A stretch of 63,561 bases of DNA, filler included, from Basidiobolus ranarum (lineage: Eukaryota): assembly GCA_040143965.1 (NCBI GenBank). It is 40 parts of 40 records of this genome, joined end to end, with 100 filler letters (N's around TTAATTAATTAA, not from the genome) between each part and the next. Parts side by side here need not be neighbours in the genome. Positions count along the whole stretch, not along the records: positions 23,949 to 25,441 come from JASJQH010011892.1; positions 25,542 to 27,034 come from JASJQH010011893.1; positions 27,135 to 28,627 come from JASJQH010011894.1; positions 28,728 to 30,219 come from JASJQH010011895.1; positions 30,320 to 31,810 come from JASJQH010011896.1; positions 31,911 to 33,401 come from JASJQH010011897.1; positions 33,502 to 34,992 come from JASJQH010011898.1; positions 35,093 to 36,583 come from JASJQH010011899.1; 32 more parts are not named here. One strand, written 5' to 3'. The notes beneath the pieces were generated by a model. It was given only the letters and a program-made list of their open reading frames with translations. It did not search any database and was not told the DNA's origin. The number at the start of each line of letters is the position of its first letter. Within the stretch, counting starts at the first letter, position 1. Both the position numbers and the translations under genes were made by a program. This document shows, one piece after another, positions 23,949-37,619 of this stretch.

Positions 23949-25441
23949 ATTGTCCTGAAGTGAAGAAATCTCATCTGACATTGCTTTTTCCCATAACTTT
24001 GATTCTGGACACTCCAGAGCTTGATTTAGAGTCTGTGGCTTGTCACACATTGCTGCATAAGCATATAGAGCATCAATGGAAGTGTTCCACCGGTTTCCTG
24101 GCTTATTTCTCCTTCTGGATGATCTTGTGTGTCCTGAATCATCCTCTGATGTAATTGGGACTGGAATTTTGGGGAAATAGGGCTCAGATGAAGCTGAAAT
24201 TTTGTCAGAGACTTCCTGAATAGTGCTGATTATGTTTTCTGGATCAAGAACTGTGATTTGAGGTGAAAAAGTTTCTTTTTCATCAAAAATCACATCTCTG
24301 CACTTGATTAACCTCTGAATTTTGGTATCAAGCAGTTTGTAGGCCTTAGATCCATCACAGTCACCAAGAAATATGCATTTTCTGCTTTTGGGTTCCAGTT
24401 TAGAACATTTTTGAGCTGGAATTATGCAATATGCTGTGCCACCAAAGATTTGGAGATGATCCATACTTGGTTTTGATCCATATATGGCTTCAAATGGAGT
24501 AATATTTTGTAGCAATCTTGTTAGGCATCTGTTTTTGATATAGACTGCAGTGGAGACAGATTCAGCCCAACATTGGTAATCTAACTTTTGAACATGTAAC
24601 ATTGATCTTGCCATCTCCACTATGGTTATATTAGCATGTTCTGCAATTCCATTTTGCTGTGGAGTATAAGGTACAGTAGTTTGCTGCTTATTTCCATGTT
24701 TGGAACCAAAACTAGTGAAGTCTATTGAGCCGTAATTTCCACCATTATCACTCCTTAGTACCCTCATTTTTTTGGCTGATTCTTTCTCTACTATTGCTTT
24801 GTAGTGCTTGAACATAGCTAAGGCTTCAGATTTTATTTGAGGTAGAATACCCCTGTATATCTTTTTTGTCATCAATAAATGTCATAAAGTACCATTTCCT
24901 ACCTAGTGAGACATTCTTCATGGGCCCATATAGGTCAGAATGAATTAGGACAAAATTCTGAGTGGATATGATCTCTCCAGAGCTTGAAAATGGCTACCTG
25001 TGATGTTTTGCATATATGTAACCTTGCCACAGATCCAATTTAAAGATATTCCCAATTTCTAACCATGAAAGAAGCTGAATTTGGTTCATTTGGGTCATTT
25101 TTTGTTCCCCAATGTGGCCTTATAATCTATGTCACATTTGATAGCTTATTTCACTGGTGTTGGCCAAGCTTATATGCTAGGAATGCAATTTGTTGATTTC
25201 TAGTTTGCATAAGTTTTGAGTTTTGATCACAGTAGCTAATTTGGTATCATTCTGATCTGTGATAGTGCATCCAGCCTTACTGAACAAAAAATTGAGTCCT
25301 TGAGATTTTGCTTGGCTCACTGAGCGTAGCTTCTTGGCTATATTTGGTACATAGAGTACATCATCCAATTTTGCATATGGTGTAGCTAAATTTTAGTCAA
25401 ATTGAGTACAACTGAGCCTTTACCAACTGCACCTAGTGCAT
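23949..25441 (-). mobile_element. Ty1/copia protease end, integrase and start of RT
   Basis: LRSDNGGNY; TPQQNGIAE; KLEPKSRKCIFLG; RDVIFDE; WEKAMSDEISSL. Confidence 0.95.
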
Positions 25442-26814
25442 NNNNNNNNNNNNNNNNNNNNNNNNNNNNNNNNNNNNNNNNNNNNTTAATTAATTAANNN
25501 NNNNNNNNNNNNNNNNNNNNNNNNNNNNNNNNNNNNNNNNNACAATGAGCAAAACTATGGGAATTTGTAATCGATTGGAAACATCTACTCATCAGGGCGT
25601 AATATCGGTTAAAAAATCTCTGCTTACTCATCATTGGCTTGGTCTCTCCGAAATGATGGTAGTTTTGGTTAATGGCCTCAAGATTTTTAACCAGCAAAGA
25701 TATATATAAATATATATAGCTCTATTCATGTGATCTGAAATTAAATGCAGGATCTTAATAAATTAAATGATCACTCAAAATACAACGATTTCTTCGACCA
25801 TATATCAATAGTTGGGTCCATTATCTCATAGAATTGAAAAATCTCGCTATGTTTCCAAAGAACAATTGATATTTCCCTATGACAACATTGTCCTGAGAGC
25901 TTGATTGACTATCCAAGAAACGAGCTAGTATCACTCAGTAAATATATTGACTTGGTACGCGATACATTTGCCAGTGTGATCTAGAGTCAAATCCGCCAAA
26001 AATGGGATTCAGCTACAACTGGATAATTCCAAGCTCAGGATGGCGTTGAAGTTGAGACTATTCAGACTACAATGGTCGAGATTATTCAGAAGTCATTGCT
26101 AATACAAAAAGCGCCATCGGGTGATATTTGGATAATCTACCGCCTCTCAGGTTGGATCCCAGTCTGAGATGAATAAATATCCAATTCTAAATTTTACCTC
26201 AATATATTACCATTCCATACATTTGTCAGGAATGATTCGAATGGGCTTTTTTCGCCAAGAACATGGTATATCGAGTGTCCATTCGAAAGTTGATTAGCAA
26301 GCACTAGGTTTCTAGTCGAGCTCTAATACACTAAGATGAAAAACAGTCTCATGGACTTAGGTAGGTCTGAACGCGGAGTATCTTAGAACTCCCCATATGG
26401 ACCTGGTAAGGAATCGTTTTTGCTTGGACTCCTAATATAGAAATATGTCGTCACCATCCATCGAAAATAGATTTTTTTTACTCTTCCGCATACACTTGGC
26501 AATATCACGATTCCATTGTGATTTAATAGGCCTATATGTTTCACGGGAAATGGGCCCATCGACAAGACAAGGAGTGAATAGTATGATAATTTGATATTGT
26601 CAAGGCTTAAATTGCTGAGATTATAGTTGCCTATCTTTTTCACTCTGCTAGATTTACCTAACAACTTCAGTATGCATAATGTAATCAGGTGAGGTAAAAA
26701 AATTATATAAAAAGAGCTGTCGACTGTCACTGCGTTTCAAGAATATCTCATTTGTTTTTTACTACATCAATATCATAAAATCATACATCTTGAAGCTTTT
26801 ATCTAATACTTGCC

Positions 26815-27007
26815 ATGACCGACGATATGTTTTCAAACCAATCTAATCGTGTTGTATCAGAACTAGCAGCCTCAAATCTATTAAAGCAAATACGATCTCC
26901 CTCACAACGCAGAGTAGTTATGAACGCTGGAAAATATGACTCAGAAGTCAATTGTAACAGCTCGTCTAAACCCACGAGGAAACGACAACAAGTTAAGAAT
27001 GCATGTG
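26815..27007 (+). CDS. First exon of a Zn(II)2Cys6 transcription factor (QVKNAC type, Ert1/AcuK-like)
   Basis: KPTRKRQQVKNAC followed by GTGAGT donor at 27008; TATAAAA near 26705. Only the first Cys is visible. Confidence 0.7.
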
Positions 27008-27134
27008 GTGAGTGGTTATCTCCTACCTCCCTTCNNNNNNNNNNNNNNNNNNNNNNNNNNNNNNNNNNNNNNNNNNNNTTAATTAATTAANNNNNNNNNN
27101 NNNNNNNNNNNNNNNNNNNNNNNNNNNNNNNNNN

Positions 27135-27715
27135 CTGTGGCAAGCAACATTTGCCAATCAACTGTTCTAATAGTGTAAGAAAACCAATAAACACCTGGTT
27201 GCTAACATTGGATTGAAATCTCCACTCTTCAATAATCAAAGCTGCTTTCTTTACAGTAGGTGTTATGAGTGGACTAGTGTTTGCCAATAACAAAGAATCC
27301 ATAACAAAACCATCACCTTCTTCTTCAACTTCTGATATACTACCATTGGTACTGGAATAACCAAGGTCAACATCTAGCAGCTAGTCCTCAAAGTTGTCTG
27401 GACTTACTGGTTTGACCAAAGTTGAGTTTGGTCCTACATCATACTAGTCACAAAACTGTTGTAACTCCACAGTATCTTGACTTTGCGCAGTGTTACCAAA
27501 ACTTTGAGGCGAATTACAGTTAGTGGACTCAATGGGAAAAACTAAAGTTGATTTAGTGCGCTTATTACTGTTGTTATATACCAGGCTTTGTGCAGCTGGT
27601 GGCTTTGTACAGTGACCATGCTTGTGATTGTTTTTCTTTGAAGCCTCTGGCTTTCATAGCACTAGAATTTGTGACAATAAGAGCAGGGCTTCTTTAAACA
27701 TTTGTGTTGTGGCAT
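27135..27715 (-). mobile_element. CACTA/Tnp2 transposase N-terminus, decayed
   Basis: MPQHKCLKKPCSYCHK...WRFQSNVSNQVFIGFLTLL...LPQ. The expected continuation QTWYKC...CPNGCLAF...CTVC appears from 39764 downward. Confidence 0.65.
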
Positions 27716-27926
27716 GAGATTGATAGTGTAGAAAAAAGAACACCTCCTATGTAAGGGTGGTATTTTAGGTATAGCCCATGAATATCTTCAGCTGATTCTG
27801 AGACGGTGTCTCAGATAGGTCAGCAGGTGCTTTGCAAGATATTTACAGTAATGGATGGCAATTTTGGTTTATTACTAGCTGTTTCTAAGTAATTTCACCA
27901 CACTAAGTTTACCATCTGAAATTTCA

Positions 27927-28627
27927 ATGCCATTTGGAAAGCAATCAAAATCTAAATCAAAAGCAGCTTCCAAGCCAAATCCTGCTGGCACAAAAGGAAA
28001 AAAACCTGCAAGAACAGAGGACTTAATTGATGAGTAGTATAGCAATCCACTCTTCACTTTGGAAGGCACCAACATGCTGGAAACATACTCAAGTAATGAT
28101 GAAGCATTGATCATTTTACCATATGTGTTCCTTTCTAGCAATAGTGCAAGTGAAGAGATTGTAATCCCCCAATTATGTAGTAAAACAATAGTTGAGCAAA
28201 GTTCAACCAAAACACCATCAAGACCATCAACTTCCAAAATGGCTACTTTGCCCACCATTGAACAACCCTGCATAGAAAATTTGGAGAGAATTATTACAAC
28301 AAGTGAATCACAGGCAGAATACCGTAATGATTTGTATGCAATCATAAGTAAAAACTATGAAGTTGTTATACAGGCCATGACAAGCAATAATGCCACAATA
28401 TTGCAATTAATACATTGTTTGGAAGCAACTAGTCAACAGTTAGAGAGTTACTCAACAATGACAAAAGACTTCAGCATGCTGTACTTTAGCTACAGCAACA
28501 TGCTGCTCTCTCTGTCCATTCTCATAGAGGATTTTAATTAATCCCACACCATCCATGTGAACATCACCATAACAATCTAGCAGAGCAGAATATGTGTTTG
28601 ACCATTAAGCCTACACAACAACCTGAA
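27927..28627 (+). mobile_element. Divergent second ORF (ORF2) of the CACTA-like element, N-terminal part
   Basis: MPFGKQSKSK... starts 211 bp from the transposase ATG. Same layout at 32264/32476 and near 48907/49120. Overlaps 53790-54050 in reverse complement. Confidence 0.65.
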
Positions 28628-28727
28628 NNNNNNNNNNNNNNNNNNNNNNNNNNNNNNNNNNNNNNNNNNNNTTAATTAATTAANNNNNNNNNNNNNNNNN
28701 NNNNNNNNNNNNNNNNNNNNNNNNNNN

Positions 28728-29329
28728 ATTATATACATATGTGAATAATGTGAGAATTAGCAATTCCATATTGGAAATTTCAAACTCATCTAAATTGCCC
28801 CAAAGATAGCTCATTTTACTCCCACAGATGTTCTGAACTCAACGTAGTGTTAGGTTTCTGTATTTCCACCAAAATGTATAAATGCTTTATTTTGGGACAA
28901 CAAATATGTTGAAGTTTAGTATCTTTATCATATTTCTAATTTCTATCTTTATACACCTAACCATTTCATATATCACATATAAGCTGGTTAACATTTCTTA
29001 GTCAAATATCACTTAGCAGGAAGAAGATGTCATTATGAGTCTTTTAAGTAGTCTGTTTGAACAGTATTCAAACTTGGTCACAGCTTTGGAAGCAAGATCT
29101 GGCAAGTTGTCTTTGGAGTTTGTGGTGGCAAGACTAATGGATCAACACCTGAGAAGTAAGAATTTGGAAAAAGAATCTAAGGAAGTGGCTCTTTTTGGAG
29201 CTTGATAATGTAACTTTGGCAAGTACAAAGGTTACAAAAGAAGGAAACCAGGTTTATGCTATGATTGTAACAAGCCAGGACACCAGTTAAAAGATTGCAA
29301 ATCCAGAAATTCAACATAAATGAGAAGTC
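28728..29329 (+). mobile_element. Two LTR-A fragments and a copia gag/zinc-knuckle remnant
   Basis: Matches to 691-1000; CYDCNKPGHQLKDC. Confidence 0.85.
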
Positions 29330-30219
29330 TGTCACCATAAGGAACTGAACAAGGACTAGAAACAACAATAAGAGGCTAGAAGGTAGGAAAGTACTTGGGT
29401 GTAGACCACAAGACAAGACAAGACAAGACTGGACAGGGAAGATACTTATGTAAGAATATCAATTGATAACTGGCATTGGTCAGACTGAGGTCTGATCAAG
29501 GAATACATGGGGCTTATTTTGATATTGCAGAGTGAAATATAATATATTGAATAGGGAATATACTGGGGCAAGTTCAAGTGTTGGGGTGCTGGGGACTACA
29601 AGGACCAATACAAAGAGGGATGATGTAAGGATGATCAGGTGACCTTCTATGGAAGGTCTTGGTGGAAATACACTATGTGTGGGTTGACATGATTGGTTAG
29701 GTTTCATGGAATGTTCCAAAGAACATGACTTCTACAGAAAGTATCCTGGATGAACTAACATGAGATTGCCAAGAAGGGATGGTGCAGTGGATATGATGTC
29801 ATGATCTAATAATGGAAGAGTTCTATTTGCAGTGGATCAGTATACTGAGATTAGAATCAACACAGTATCCCCTTCTTTAGTGATGGCTTTCAGACAGCAT
29901 AGGGCCAGGTTTTTCTGGGTAGGCTTCATGAAGCTCCTGGTAAAGTTCCTTAGAATTGGAAAACTTTGTTGCTGGCTCCCATGATTGATCTTTGTTGAAT
30001 ATCCATTCCAGTCCACTAAATATTGCAATTTACGTTGATAAATTCTGGAATTTAGAACTTTGCTAACTTCATATTCAGGGTGTTCTTCCACTTGGATTGC
30101 TGAAGTTGGTTCAATGGATTGGCCCTGGAAGGTGTTTCTGGCATGTGGCTCTACAAGAGACACATGGTATACATTGTGGACTTTGAAATGGGCTGGGAGT
30201 TCAAGGCGGAAGGCTACTG
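29330..30219 (-). mobile_element. Chromovirus 3' end: chromodomain, PPT and full 535-bp LTR-C (29330-29864), nested in copia gag
   Basis: VHNVYHVSLVEP...EYEVSKVLNSR...YLVDWNGY; AAGAAGGGGATAC|TG...CA. Confidence 0.9.
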
Positions 30220-30319
30220 NNNNNNNNNNNNNNNNNNNNNNNNNNNNNNNNNNNNNNNNNNNNTTAATTAATTAANNNNNNNNNNNNNNNNNNNNNNNNN
30301 NNNNNNNNNNNNNNNNNNN

Positions 30320-30380
30320 TGCCGCCAAGGCCGAAGAATTGAAGAGCATCAACGAGTCTATGGCTGCTTATGGTTACTAA
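30320..30380 (+). CDS. Last codons of an unidentified host gene (AAKAEELKSINESMAAYGY*)
   Basis: Host-like codon usage, stop at 30378-30380, AT-rich 3' UTR with AATAAA. Confidence 0.5.
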
Positions 30381-31254
30381 GTTTTCCGAACTTGTCTTCA
30401 ATAATAAATAATAAATTAAATCCGTTTCAAGCAACAACCGCTGACCATATAATTCACAACTAACATTGAATATTTGTTATGGTAGCATGAATTGAGTGCT
30501 GTATACTAAAAATGATTCTTCAGGTACTCATTCCCATCCTCTAGATTTACTTGGTTTCCAGATTGGGAGAGCGTGATAGCTTATTGTTTCTCAGTAATCA
30601 CTCTCCAAAATCTCTTGATATTTATAGCAAAAGAGTGAGCAGAATTGTGCACTTTTGGTATCTACTCAGCTTTCCTCTCATTCTGAGTATCGTACATCTT
30701 GTAGACCTTTGGAAACATGTCACTATAGTGCTCCCTCCAAAACAGATTTAAAAGTTACCTCCGTCCAAGCATTTCCGGCTTCATTTCATTTATCTTTCTA
30801 TTGTATTCACTAGTATATACCATTTATAACCACCATAATTGATGCAAATAGGATTATCAATAGTTCAATTAGGTTTCTTAAATTTATAACCAGATGCAAA
30901 ATCCATGTTATGTTAGGCTGTTCCAAATCACTTATCATAACATGATGAATATTTCTGATTGATCCAAAACTCATCACAAGTAGTTCAATCAAATATGCTA
31001 GATTTCAACAACATTGAATTTAATATAATGCTCATTACAAATATCTAGTAAAATTAGTGATCACTCATACCATATCATTATTGTCAATACACAAGTGTAT
31101 ATTTGATTTGTTTATTCTTATTAGATTGATTCCTTGTCTTATTACATTCAGTTTAATCATAAGCGCAAGTAAACAAACTGAATCTTGTACACAATAATCT
31201 GTTTGCAAATCTTGAAGTTTTAGACCTTCTGTTCACTCTGTTATGCGCTTGCTA

Positions 31255-31810
31255 TTAAAGTATATTGGGAGTTTGTTGGAAGTGGTTTAAGAGAACTAAA
31301 AGAAATGGTGGTTTTTTATGTTGAATAGTCAATATTTATTTAACATCTTAGTTAACTTTAGTATGATACATATATCAGAAACCAAAGGCAACATATCTAT
31401 AGCTCCTATATTCTAATTGAGAATGTGTCTATATCTATACAACAAGTATGTCCTATTACTCCTACTTATCTATTATCTCCTATTATATAAACTCCTCAAT
31501 ATCTCAAACAATTGATTTACTTCTTTGCTATATAGGTAACCATATTCTCTTGAGAATTAAGCAACTACAACACTACCATAAGTTGCATCTAATATATAAA
31601 GTCTAACCCCATTATGTCTGGATCCCCAAACATTTTGCATATTCCTTTATTGAGTAGAAGGTAGATATTCATAGTTTTGTCAAGCTGTAAACAAAGGTGT
31701 AAGTGTTAAAGTATTTGGGAGCCTGTTGGAAGTGGTTTGGAGAATTAGAGGAATTGGTGGTTTTCACTTATTGATTTATTGAGTAGAAAGTTGACATTTA
31801 TAGTTTTGTC
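31255..31810. mobile_element. Stack of LTRs: LTR-B pieces and an LTR family F copy (about 31320-31632)
   Basis: LTR-F matches 44630-44827 and 56555-56870 in reverse complement. An LTR-B end lies at 31704. Confidence 0.8.
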
Positions 31811-31910
31811 NNNNNNNNNNNNNNNNNNNNNNNNNNNNNNNNNNNNNNNNNNNNTTAATTAATTAANNNNNNNNNNNNNNNNNNNNNNNNNNNNNNNNNN
31901 NNNNNNNNNN

Positions 31911-33401
31911 CAGATCCACATCAAGCAGCATGGCCTCAAAGTTGTCTTGCCTTACTTGTTTCACTAAACTGACTAATCTACCTCCATCATTCTGGTCATA
32001 TAACTGCTGTAACTCCATGGTTTCTTGACTTTCGGCCGTGTTACCAAAACATTGAGGCAATGTGCAGCCAGTGGACCCAGTGGGCAAAACTAAAGTCAAT
32101 TTTGTGCACTTTGTATTGTTGATATTTACCAGGCTTTGTGCAGCTGGTGGCTTTGTACAGTGACTATGCTTGTAATTATTTTCTCTATGGAGCCTCCAGC
32201 TTTCATAGCACAAGAGTTTGTGACAAAAATAGCAGGGCTTCTTTAAATGTTTGTGTTGCAGCATGAGAAGGATATTGTAGAAAAAAGAACACCTCCTATG
32301 TAAGGGTGTTATTTTAGGTATATCCCATCAATATCATCAGCTGATACTGAGATGTTGTCACAGAGAAGTCATCAGGGGATTTACAAGATATTTCTGGTGA
32401 AGGATGGCAATTTTTGTTTATTATAAGCTCTTTCTATGCAATTTCGTTGCACTAAGTTTACCATCAGAAAATTTCAATGCTATTCAAAAAGCATTGAAAA
32501 TCCAAATCAAGATGTACTTCCAAGCAAAAGCCTACTGGCACAAAAGGAAAACAAAGCCAGCAAGAACAGAGGACTTAATTGATGAGCAGTCTAGCAATCC
32601 ACTATCCACTTTGGAAGGCATTAACATGCTGGAAACTAACTTAAGTAATAATGAAGCATTAATCTGGTAATAGTGGAATTCAAGTGATTGTAATTCTCCA
32701 ATTATGTTGTCAATAAATAGTTGAGCAAATTTCAATGGAAACACCATTGTAGTTGTTTTACAGTGTAAGCAGCAACTACAGCAGCAATATCCTAAGGGTT
32801 TTATGAGGTGTTCAAACGGTGCAATAGCCATGGTTGAAAAACTCTGGGATGTACTGTGGTATGGGTCTGTCTCTTGCCTCTTGGGTCTGTGTGAAAGGGA
32901 ATCAAGCCTCTAGAAATGTCTTAGGACTGATGAACCACAATGCAGTGTCCAGCTTTCTGTTGAGTAATATGCTGGTACCTGACAAAAGAATATACTAGCT
33001 TCAATGTCCTTTGAGAGTGAACAGATCAAAGGAGTATATCCAATCAAAAACAACTGTAAACTCAGCCAGCAGGGTTTTGAATCAGGATGCACTGGTAGTG
33101 ATTTATGTAAGGATGCCAGTATATCTGACTCTGGAATTGCAGATCTTTGTAATGGTGTGAAGAATTTGTAAGTGGGACAGTAGAGCCTAAACTCACTGGC
33201 TCCTTGGCTTTTCCCTTGGGTTTATTAACTTCCTGCTCCTTCAGTACTTCTTTAGCTGCTTTTCTTTCTTTTCCAAGTCAATAATTGCGTACATTTTTGA
33301 GATGTTTCATGAATAGGTCTATACTAGCCCAATTGCCATTTGCTTGCAAAAACCCAGGATAAGCCACATGAGATAAGTCAAGAACCTTCAGAGTAACACC
33401 T
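31911..33401. mobile_element. CACTA transposase start (-, to 32264), ORF2 start (+, 32476), LTR-G fragment (about 32745-33070), inverted ORF2 piece
   Basis: DNA matches to 27370-28200, to 51045-51370 (reverse complement) and to 53320-53600. Confidence 0.7.
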
Positions 33402-33501
33402 NNNNNNNNNNNNNNNNNNNNNNNNNNNNNNNNNNNNNNNNNNNNTTAATTAATTAANNNNNNNNNNNNNNNNNNNNNNNNNNNNNNNNNNNNNNNNNNN
33501 N

Positions 33502-34992
33502 TTCATATATCTTAATCCTAACTTAAATCTTAATTCTTCAAATTTTGGCTTGGGTAATGGTTTGGTAAGGATGTCAGCAATCATGTCCTCAGTTGGACAG
33601 TACTCCAGTTGACATGCTTATTCTCAATAGCTTCCCTAATAAAGTAATGTTGAACATCAATGTGCTTACTTCTAGCATGAAATTTGGGATTTTTAGCTAA
33701 AGAAATACAATGTTGATTATCCTTATAAATTATGGTGGATGAACTTTGAAAAATGCCCAAGTCTTTAAACAGTTTCTTTAACCAGATAGCATCCTTTGTT
33801 GTATGTAATGCTGCCATGTATTCTGCTTCAGTTGTTGAAAGTGCTATGGTGAGTTGTTTCTTGCTATTCCAAGATATGGCTGCTTCACAGTAGAGAAAGG
33901 TATATCCAGTGATAGATCTTCTGTCCTCAATATCTCATCCCCATTCTGCATCACTAAACCCAATTATATCCTTATTCTCATAAGAATATGTGTATCTTAA
34001 TCCAAGATCAATTGTCCCCTTCAAATATCTGAGAATCTGCTTAACTGCTGCATAATGCTCAGATCCTGGGTTTTGCACATGTTGGGTAACTACTCCCACT
34101 GCAAAAGAAATGTCTGGCCAGGTTCCAGTCATAGCATAGATCAAACTACCTACCATGGATTATTAAGGAAACTCAGGGCTTTCAAATGACATATTTTGAG
34201 CCATATTTGGCCAATTTTCATCATTTTTGATGGGATTTTTTACTAGTTTCACACCTGGATCCATGAGAGTTGCTACTGGATTGCAATTCTACATCCTGTA
34301 ACATCTGAGAGTGTCTGAGATGTATTTAGATTGATTCAGAGTAATAGATTTGCTCAATATATCTGTGTGGATCTGCAGATCTAAAAAATATGTAAGTTCA
34401 CCTAATTTGTAACTTGAATTGAACTAATAGATCTCTTTTGATGTTCCTGAGAGCTTCATCATTAATGGTAGTTATAGTCAGATCATCTACCTATAAGGCA
34501 AGTATCACCTTACTGTCCTTATCTGTCTTAAAATAGATCCCAAAGTCAGCCATACTCTGTTTGAAATTAAGTGATTCCAAGTATTTGTCTATCTTGGTGT
34601 ACCAGGCCCTGGGTGATGGTTTAAGTCCATATAGTGATTTTTGTAGCTTACACACATCCTCAAGGTGCTCAGGATCCTCAAAGCCATCTTGTTGATCCAT
34701 GAATATATCCTCTTCTAAGTCCCCATTCAAAAAAGCAGTTTTTACTTCCATTTGATGGATTTTTACGCTGTGTTTTGCTGCTACTGCTAGAATGGTTCTG
34801 ATGGAATTAAACTTTGCTAAGGGAGCAAAAGTTTCATTATAGTCCACTCCTTCCATTTGAGAGTATCCTTTAGCCACAAGCCTGGCTTTATATCTCTCTA
34901 CAGATCCATCAGCTTGCTGTTTAACTTTAAACACCCATTTGCATCCAATTGATTTTTGGTCATCAGGTAACTTAACCAAAGTCCAAGTTTGG
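33502..34992 (-). mobile_element. Ty1/copia reverse transcriptase and RNase H, decayed
   Basis: IGCKWVFK; YKARLVAKGYSQ; KTAFLNG; KSLYGLK; FSDAEWG; FHARSKHIDVQHYFIRE. Confidence 0.97.
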
Positions 34993-35092
34993 NNNNNNNN
35001 NNNNNNNNNNNNNNNNNNNNNNNNNNNNNNNNNNNNTTAATTAATTAANNNNNNNNNNNNNNNNNNNNNNNNNNNNNNNNNNNNNNNNNNNN

Positions 35093-36583
35093 ATGACAGT
35101 AGAATGATCAGCAGCAATATGTGCTTCTTTGAATAAGCCAGACTTGATTCAAGCTCTAATATATGCATTTAAGATGGTGAGATCGCATCTTCCATTTTAA
35201 ACTTCTTTAGTATATCAAGGATATACTTAGACTGGTTTAATGTTATTGTTTTGATAGTTCCATCTATTTTAATTTGGATCCCAAGATAGTATGTCAGTTC
35301 ACCAACATCAGTCATTTTGAATTTGGCTGATAAGCTGGGTTTGGTTCTCTCCAAAGTCTTTGAGTCATTGGTTGCTATAATAGGGTCATCAACATATAAG
35401 GATAATAAAACTGGGTTTGTCTTATCTGGCCTGAAGTAGATGCTATAATCAGCATTGCTCTTTTGAAATTTGAGTGTTTCCCAAAAAATGACTATGTTGC
35501 TATTCCAAGCTCTTGAAGATTGGTTTAAGCAATAGAGTGTTTTCTAGAGTCTCCAAACTTTTTGAAGGTTTTTTGGGTCCACAAATACATCTGGCTAGTT
35601 CATATGAATCTCCTCAGCAGACACAACATTCAAAAAAGCAGCTTTAAATTTCATTTGAGGTATGATATACTGATAATCAGCTGGAATTATTGATATCAAT
35701 CCATTGTAGTAAAACTTTGCCGCAGGAGCAAAACTTTCAGCATAATCTATTCCTGGTGTTTAGGAAGAGCCTTTGGTGACCAGTCTAGCTTTTATCTCTA
35801 TATACTGTCATCAGTGTTGAATTTAACTCCTAACACCCATCAGCAGCCAATTAATTTTCTATTATCAGGTAAGTTAGTTAAAATCCAAGTTTGGTTATCA
35901 ATTAAGGCCTGGTACTTGTCTGCCATTGCAGATCTCCAAAATCTCATGTGAGGGCCATTCTGGGCCTCTTTTACAGACCATGGCTCATGTACTGCACTGT
36001 GCAGGCATAAGCCCAATTTTGGGACTCATTAATAAAGTAATCAGGGCGATTTCTGATTATATTTGATCTCCTGTTTTGGAATAAAGGTACCATAACATCT
36101 GGCATTCTATTGGGTACTTTGGTAGGCAGAGTTCTGGTTGAAGGGCTTGCAGGAGTGCTACTTTGTTCTTTGTCTTGGTTTGAATCAATTTAAATGTTAA
36201 GATCAGGAGAAAATTGATTTTCATTGCAATCAGAGGTCATTTTGGATTAAATTTTTCAATTTTCATTACACAAAACATCCCTGGACTTGATTAACTTTCA
36301 AAATTTAGTATCATAGAGTCTATAGGCCTTAGTGTGAGTACAACAACCCATCAATATACATTTCTTACTTTTTGGATCAATTTGGACCAATTTTTGTTCA
36401 TAATTTCAACATTAAAAATGCATTCTAAGATCTATTGGGAAAATATGGGCTGTTTGGAGGAACTTTAGAAAAGTGGAGTTGTGAATAGCTTTGTGAGATA
36501 ATTATTTATTGTCCAGAAATAAAGCATTTATACATTTTGATGCAAATACAGAAAACTAACACTGGGGTTGTGTTCAGAACATC
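35093..36583 (-). mobile_element. Copia integrase end and RT, heavily decayed, plus an LTR-A fragment (about 36434-36583)
   Basis: LYVDD; MTDVGELTYYLGIQI; LNQSKYI. Confidence 0.9.
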
Positions 36584-36683
36584 NNNNNNNNNNNNNNNNN
36601 NNNNNNNNNNNNNNNNNNNNNNNNNNNTTAATTAATTAANNNNNNNNNNNNNNNNNNNNNNNNNNNNNNNNNNNNNNNNNNNN

Positions 36684-37060
36684 TGATAGTGCCAGATTGT
36701 GCTGTATATATCATATTGGATAAAGTATTCTAAAATTTATGCGGCACAATTTGGCACTATCCATCACCCTCTGGCATGATCAATTTCAATCACAATTACT
36801 CTGATATATTGATCCAAGGTCTGACAAATCTTGGCACAATGGAACAAGTCCATTGTTCATATTTGGCTGACATACCATTAATTCCCTATCTTAAAGTTTT
36901 AAGGAAATCACCCTAATATAGATCATTGATCAAATACCAAATTACTCATCATGAATCTGATGGTATTACCAATATACTTGATGGATATCACTACCAGAAT
37001 CCAAAAAGTCAAGGTTTCTTTGAGATCACTTATGATCATGCATTTGCTGGTGTTGACTTT
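36684..37060 (+). mobile_element. CACTA/Tnp2 transposase fragment
   Basis: ITNILDGYHYQNPKSQGFFEITYDHAF, matching 39400-39560 in reverse complement. Confidence 0.65.
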
Positions 37061-37619
37061 TGTGTGGGTGATTTTGAAATGATTGTAGCTCCACCAATGA
37101 TTGATCAAATCCTGTGAATCTTGCATCGTTGCAAAGCTCTAATTAAGGAGTGTTTGATTGCAGCTCAAAGTATTGTAAAAAGCTAAGTATTGATGCACCT
37201 ATGAGTGATTGAATATACTTGTTCTTTATCTTGATCTGTAAAATATCACAAGATAGCAATAGATAATGTTCTTCCTACTTATTACATGCAAGATATTGTT
37301 AAAATATGTCTAACACTATAACATAACTACCATATATATTGATGATGTTAGACTTTATTGGTTTCAATCAGAATTGGGGATCTTTTTATATTATTGGTTA
37401 AAATGTCAAAGTTAATTTCCTATAGTGTGATCAAGCACAATACACTCTTCTTTGAGCCTTTTGATATGCATGCTAGTTAAGTTGATTTGAATCAAACTAT
37501 GACTAACTTTAATGATGCAGTTTATTATATAATTTCCATGCAATTACACATAATTGAAATATTTGGGAAAATAAAGGCAAACAGAAATTTTATTATACAG
37601 AATGTAGAGAATTTTACCA

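Noticed and set aside
22355-27034. Gluconeogenesis cluster (PEPCK pair plus Ert1/AcuK-like factor)
   Set aside because: The genes are on different contigs; their closeness comes from size sorting.
27135-27137. Physical join between this contig end and 39762-39764 (shared CTG)
   Set aside because: A 3-bp overlap is chance; only protein-level continuity between different copies is supported.
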